A program made the translations under genes and the position numbers. A stretch of 64,000 bases of DNA from Selaginella moellendorffii (taxonomy: Eukaryota; Plantae; Lycopodiophyta), in NCBI RefSeq assembly GCF_000143415.4, contig NW_003314280.1, positions 1,364,894-1,428,893 of the forward strand, written 5' to 3'. The notes under the pieces are model-generated. The model saw nothing but the letters and a program-made list of their open reading frames with translations, did no database searches and was not told where the DNA came from. Shown here in pieces: positions 59,430 through 64,000 of this stretch. The stretch's first letter is position 1. Each line of letters begins with the position of its first letter.

Positions 59430-61277
59430 ATGCGCTCATGCTTGGATGATCTCGTTCGTCTCGCAAACAGTGCAAGTCCCTCCACTGCCGAGCATGTCGA
59501 AGCCCAGATTTTGTCTCTTGGAAACTCCACATTCCTGCGCAATGTGCTCGTCCAAATGCACGGCAACTGCGGGAATACATGCCGTGCACGTCAGCTGTTC
59601 GATTCCGCGCCCCAGAAAGACAGCTACTCGTGGAATTTCATGCTCAGGGCATATGCCCGAAACGGGCATGTGGACGAGGCAAAGTCGCTCTTTGATTCCA
59701 TGCCAGAATGGGATCTCGTCTCGTCCACAATCATGCTCAAAGTATTTGCAGATGCCGAGAATATCGAACTTGCCGAGGACATGTTTAACTCCATGCAGGT
59801 CAAAGATCCCATCTCATACAATGTCATGATATCTGCATATGCCGAAGTTGGGCAAATTGGAAGAGCAAAGACACTCTTTAATGTCATGCCTTTTCGGAAT
59901 GCTGCTTCATGGACCACAATCCTCACCGTGTACTGTCGCAACTTTAGCATTGATGATTCTAAAACACTGTTTGAATCCATGCCCAGGCCGGACCTTATTG
60001 CATGGAATGCCATGCTCTCAGCATATGCCGCAGCCGGGGATTTACTATCTACGAAAGCTCTGTTTGAGAGAATGCCAGCGTGGGATCTTGCGTCCTTTAC
60101 GCTTCACTTGTCTGTACTCATCCAAGCCAAGGATCGGGATCGGGCGGAGAAATGGTATCGATCTCTACCGGAGTACGACATTGTGTCTTGCACGGCAATG
60201 CTGGAAGCATATGCCCAGAATGGGCATCTGGAAGATTCTAAGAGTTTGTTTGACAGTATGCCACACCGGAGTATGGTGTCGTGGGCGGCAATGCTAGAGG
60301 CATATGCCGTACATGGGAAAATTGCAGAGGCTAGATGCTTGTTTGGAGACATGAGGGAATGCGATCTCTTCTCTGTGGCGACAATGATTTCTGCCTTCTC
60401 GAGGAGTGGCGATGTGGGATCGGCCAGGCGTCTGTTTGATGCAATGCCGGATCACAACCAGGTTTCCTGGAACGCAATTCTGAATGCTTACGCTCACAAT
60501 GGTCTCTGTGACCGAGCGAAGGAAGTACTTGATCGGATGCCTCGGCGCGATCTGATCTCCTGGACCGGGATGATAGGCTGTTATGCCCAAAGTGGGCATC
60601 TGGAAGCTGCTAGGGGCGTGTTTCTTGGAATGCCGTACAGGGATTTGATCTGCTGGAACATTATGCTTCTTGCATACTCTCAAATGCAAAGTCTTGTCGA
60701 GACTCATGAACTCTTTAACAGCATGCCAGATGCAAACCAGGTGTCCTGGAACATCCTCCTCTCCGCATATGCCCAGAAAGGGCATACTGCGAAATCAACT
60801 TCGCTCTTTCACCGCATTCCAGACCGAAACCTCGTCTCCTGGAACACGATGCTGTCCATGCACGCGCACGATTTCGACGTCGCGCTCGAGTTTTTCCAGA
60901 GAATGCTGGCCGAGGGCCTTGAGCCCGACGACATCTCGTTCACTGCGTTGCTCGTTGGATGCGTCCACACCGGCGACTTGAAGATGGCGAGGGGCATCTG
61001 CCAAGGCATGAGCCGAGACCACGGTTTGGTCGCGACCAAGCAGCAGTTCGGCTGCATGGTAGACCTCTTGAGCAAGTCCGGCTACCTCCAATCTGCGAGG
61101 GATCTGATGAGAAGCATGCCTTTCGAGCCAGATGGTTTCGAGTGGATCTGCTTGCTTGGAGCGCCAGGGGACGTTGGAGTTGACAGAGCTGGAGCTGCCA
61201 ACGAGGTGACTAGATTGGATCCCAGCAACGGAGCACCATATGTGCTCCTGGCAAACGCAAGACTAGCCACAGCTTGA
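59430..61277 (+). CDS. PLS-class pentatricopeptide repeat protein with E-like C-terminus
   Basis: Tandem repeats as at 45016; ends MPFEPD...YVLLAN. Confidence 0.92.
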   Translation: MRSCLDDLVRLANSASPSTAEHVEAQILSLGNSTFLRNVLVQMHGNCGNTCRARQLFDSAPQKDSYSWNFMLRAYARNGHVDEAKSLFDSMPEWDLVSSTIMLKVFADAENIELAEDMFNSMQVKDPISYNVMISAYAEVGQIGRAKTLFNVMPFRNAASWTTILTVYCRNFSIDDSKTLFESMPRPDLIAWNAMLSAYAAAGDLLSTKALFERMPAWDLASFTLHLSVLIQAKDRDRAEKWYRSLPEYDIVSCTAMLEAYAQNGHLEDSKSLFDSMPHRSMVSWAAMLEAYAVHGKIAEARCLFGDMRECDLFSVATMISAFSRSGDVGSARRLFDAMPDHNQVSWNAILNAYAHNGLCDRAKEVLDRMPRRDLISWTGMIGCYAQSGHLEAARGVFLGMPYRDLICWNIMLLAYSQMQSLVETHELFNSMPDANQVSWNILLSAYAQKGHTAKSTSLFHRIPDRNLVSWNTMLSMHAHDFDVALEFFQRMLAEGLEPDDISFTALLVGCVHTGDLKMARGICQGMSRDHGLVATKQQFGCMVDLLSKSGYLQSARDLMRSMPFEPDGFEWICLLGAPGDVGVDRAGAANEVTRLDPSNGAPYVLLANARLATA

Positions 61278-61383
61278 AAGCTTACCACGCGTGTTCCAAC
61301 CATTGTGATACAGTGCTGGACTACTGGCTTCTAGCGTGAAATCTATGTACCTTTGGAGAAGCTTACTTACGTTCATGGATGGA

Positions 61384-62079
61384 TCACGTATGCTTGGGCA
61401 GCGAGTTGATGAACGCGTTGTACGAGGAGTCGAGATCGAAGAGGAGCTGGCGCGCCTGCTGCTCCGTGAGCTCGTCCGAGGCGCCCATCTTGTTGAGCTT
61501 GGCGATCCAGTCCCGCGTCTTCACCTTGCCCTCGAAGTCGGCGGTGAGCTGCGGCACCCGGTTGAGCGCCGAGAGGAGGTCCAGCAGCAGCGGGTGGATC
61601 TGATCCACCGCCACCATGTTGAGCTTGAGCGAGTCCATGGCGGTGATGTAGTGCTGGACGCACTCGGCCACCGCCACCGCGGTGGCGCCGGCGTCGAAGG
61701 ACGAGGAGGTGGCGCTCTTGTGCTCCACCGTGGCGGGGATGCCCGAGACGAGCAGCCGGTTGTGCGCGGCGGGGCAGTCCATCTTGTAGGCGGCCATGAA
61801 GCGGTCCACGTCGGGCACCACGTCGCGCAGCGCGTTCTTGAGCGTCCGGAACTGCGCGATGAGCTTGGTGCACCACGGCTCGTAGTCCCGCGCGCTCATC
61901 GCGTCGCGCACGTACGCCTTCTCCAGCTTCTCCGTCGTCTTGATGATGGCGAAGAGATCCGCGAAGTTCTCGAACATCTCGCGCTCGCGCTTGTCGGACC
62001 ACAGCTTCACCTCTTGCTGGTGCTGGTGGTGCTGGAGCTGATGCTGCTGCTGCTGCTGCGGATGGAGCGGGTACGCCAT
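61384..62079 (-). CDS. VPS28: ESCRT-I subunit VPS28
   Basis: EREMFENFADLFAIIKTTEKLEKAY, ITAMDSLKLNMVAVDQIHP, MGASDELTEQQARQLLFDL. Confidence 0.96.
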   Translation of the reverse strand: MAYPLHPQQQQQHQLQHHQHQQEVKLWSDKREREMFENFADLFAIIKTTEKLEKAYVRDAMSARDYEPWCTKLIAQFRTLKNALRDVVPDVDRFMAAYKMDCPAAHNRLLVSGIPATVEHKSATSSSFDAGATAVAVAECVQHYITAMDSLKLNMVAVDQIHPLLLDLLSALNRVPQLTADFEGKVKTRDWIAKLNKMGASDELTEQQARQLLFDLDSSYNAFINSLPKHT

Positions 62080-62682
62080 TTCTTCCTCTTCCGCGATCCT
62101 GCCCTAACCCTAACACTCCACGAAGAGCCCTAAACTTTAGGACCGGCCATGGCCAAAACGTTTGGACCACACTGTACGGGTTATAATGGTGGTAGCTCCC
62201 CAGTTCGCGTCGCGTGGGACTCCACAGACAAGGCACAAGCGGCCACTATGCGCGTTTTCGCGCATTTGTCGTACTAACACGACGCGCAGATGCTTGGGGA
62301 AAAAAAAAGTGGCCACGCAAATAAAACTATGGACAATCCAATTAAAAGCGCGAGTAAACAGCCTCGAGTTCCCATGATCCCTGGAAGTTCAGCAATCAAT
62401 CCTTGCTTTACTTTTCTTTGCTTTGCTGATTTTCTTGCATGCTTGCTTCTTGGTTGATGGACACCCGCCGCTCAAAGTCAAGACTCTCCACGATTTCTTT
62501 TCTTTTTTGCTTGCTAGCAAGCATGCTTTGTTGACTAAAATCGCAGGAAGTCGCTGCTTTCGATCAGCCGATGCTAGTTGGATTCATTGGTAGCTGCTGC
62601 AGCAAAAGGATGGAATTAGATTCTTCTTCGATTGAGTAGATTACCGGATCCGCCAGAGGGGAGAGCTCGCTCGGAGCTGGAG

Positions 62683-64000
62683 ATGGCATCGTACGAGAAA
62701 ATCAGAAGCAATGGAGCATGGATTTCATCCAGACCTGTGAAAATTCTGCTGCTCATCTTCCTCCTGGGACCCCCTTTTCTCCTCATTTGCATTGAAACTA
62801 TCGTCGAGCAGCAAGGGAGAGAATTGACTTCCACCATCCTGGACAAGCTCAGCTTCGATAGCCTCAGCAATACCACGAGCAGCAACGAGACTAGCACCAC
62901 CAGCAGCACCAGCAGCAGCAATGTCACCACCAAGAACAATGTAAGTAGTGAAGACGATTGCCCCTGCCACAGTAGATGCGAGCAGGATTCCCTGCGGCGG
63001 CCATCTCGAATTCACAGTCTACCCCCGGCCCTGTCCACTGCATTGGCTGCGTACGAGAGGATGCATTCCAGTTGCTACCACTCGCGAGACTTGAGCAAAG
63101 CCATCCAGGCTCCAGATCCAAATGACCCCTGTAGATATCTCGTCTTCCTCCAGGACGGCAAATTCGGCCTGGGTAACCACATCCTCTCTCTCCTGTCCGC
63201 CTTCGTCTACTCCCTGCTCACCAACAGGATGCTTCTCGTCGACACGCGAAACCATATTCCCGAGCTCTTTTGCGAGCCTTTTCGAAACTCCTCCTGGCTG
63301 CTGCCTCCTGATTTTCCATACGATCGTCTGCTTCTAGCACCGATGCTTGCAGATGGCCTCAAACAGAAGTTCAGTTACGGCAGCACTGTCCACCTGATGC
63401 TGCTCAGCCAGCAAACGCCGCAAGAGCAGCTTTTCTTCTGTCCCGACACTCAGACCCGGCTCGAGAAAGTGCGCTGGATTGGCTGGAGCAGCAACCAATA
63501 CTATGTTCCCAGATTTTTCACGTTCCCACGCTTCTGGAGGCCTCTAGTTTCTCTGTTCCCGGATGTCTCCTTGATCTTCACGCACCTAAGTAGGTACCTC
63601 ATTCTTCCTCAAAACCCCGTCTGGGAGAAAATCCGTCGCTACCATTTCGCGTATTCGTCACTGGTTCCGGGAAAGGCAGTAGGAGTCCAGATTCGACGAA
63701 GGGAAAATGCGGAATTCCACGAGCCAACGTACAGACGGACCATGCAGTGCCTCGTTGAAAACGGTCTTGTGCCAAGCGTTTCAGAGTCCGGTCACGACAT
63801 CCCAGCTGACAAAGGCCAACACCAGTCAAGAAAAAACAGGACTAAAGTCTTCGTTACCTCGTTGCAAAGCAGGTACTACGAGGAGCTCCGGAATACATAT
63901 ATAAACAAGCCTACGGTTGACGGTAGCCTTGTACGGGTCCATACGATGTCACACGACGAAGTCGAGTCTCAATCTTACGAGCAAGTTCGCAACGCGTTGG
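62683..64000 (+). CDS. Xyloglucan-type fucosyltransferase (GT37), runs off right edge
   Basis: N-terminal TM and S/T-rich stem, then CRYLV...GLGNHILSLLSAFVYSLLTNRMLLVD...LFCEPF...SWLLP; absent from the ORF track because no stop is reached. Confidence 0.88.
   Translation, partial: MASYEKIRSNGAWISSRPVKILLLIFLLGPPFLLICIETIVEQQGRELTSTILDKLSFDSLSNTTSSNETSTTSSTSSSNVTTKNNVSSEDDCPCHSRCEQDSLRRPSRIHSLPPALSTALAAYERMHSSCYHSRDLSKAIQAPDPNDPCRYLVFLQDGKFGLGNHILSLLSAFVYSLLTNRMLLVDTRNHIPELFCEPFRNSSWLLPPDFPYDRLLLAPMLADGLKQKFSYGSTVHLMLLSQQTPQEQLFFCPDTQTRLEKVRWIGWSSNQYYVPRFFTFPRFWRPLVSLFPDVSLIFTHLSRYLILPQNPVWEKIRRYHFAYSSLVPGKAVGVQIRRRENAEFHEPTYRRTMQCLVENGLVPSVSESGHDIPADKGQHQSRKNRTKVFVTSLQSRYYEELRNTYINKPTVDGSLVRVHTMSHDEVESQSYEQVRNAL

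Noticed and set aside
61336-62236. Overlapping 265-aa and 287-aa ORFs
   Set aside because: They are shadow frames of the GC-rich VPS28 gene.

Overview
Eukaryotic (plant) genomic DNA. Very short introns, tightly packed genes, PLS-type PPR genes and a flagellar CFAP91-like gene point to a seed-free land plant, most likely Selaginella (inference). Bases 1-2230 and ~37690-40384 are two copies of a duplicated CYP78A-like/ADH block. Between them lies a ~31 kb stack of nested transposons. An old decayed Ty3/gypsy contains a solo LTR (7825-36168). That LTR contains a full-length chromodomain Ty3/gypsy (8651-36094, TSD CTAAG). This element in turn hosts an antisense non-autonomous LTR element in gag (10856-18216, TSD CCAGC) and a 12.5 kb TIR DNA transposon (21559-34104, TSD TAAA). 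Two observations stand out. (1) The chromovirus integrase is split by short GT-AG spliceosomal-type introns whose removal restores conserved motifs, and the DNA transposon sits inside one of them. (2) The DNA transposon encodes an intact Sola-like DDD transposase and a divergent multi-exon cargo gene with ParB/Srx-like, methyltransferase-like, acidic and NIF/FCP1 phosphatase-like regions. It also carries about two dozen copies of a fixed-spacing palindrome, ATGGCRTG-N6-CAYGCCAT, concentrated in introns and intergenic DNA. This may be a sequence-specific self-recognition or anti-silencing system. The right-hand 24 kb is gene dense: ADH, TPR-SET, PPR, CDC6, an unknown small protein, CFAP91-like, USP, TMEM186-like, MCM10, plastid PGK, PPR, VPS28 and a GT37 fucosyltransferase. 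All calls are by eye; no database searches were run.
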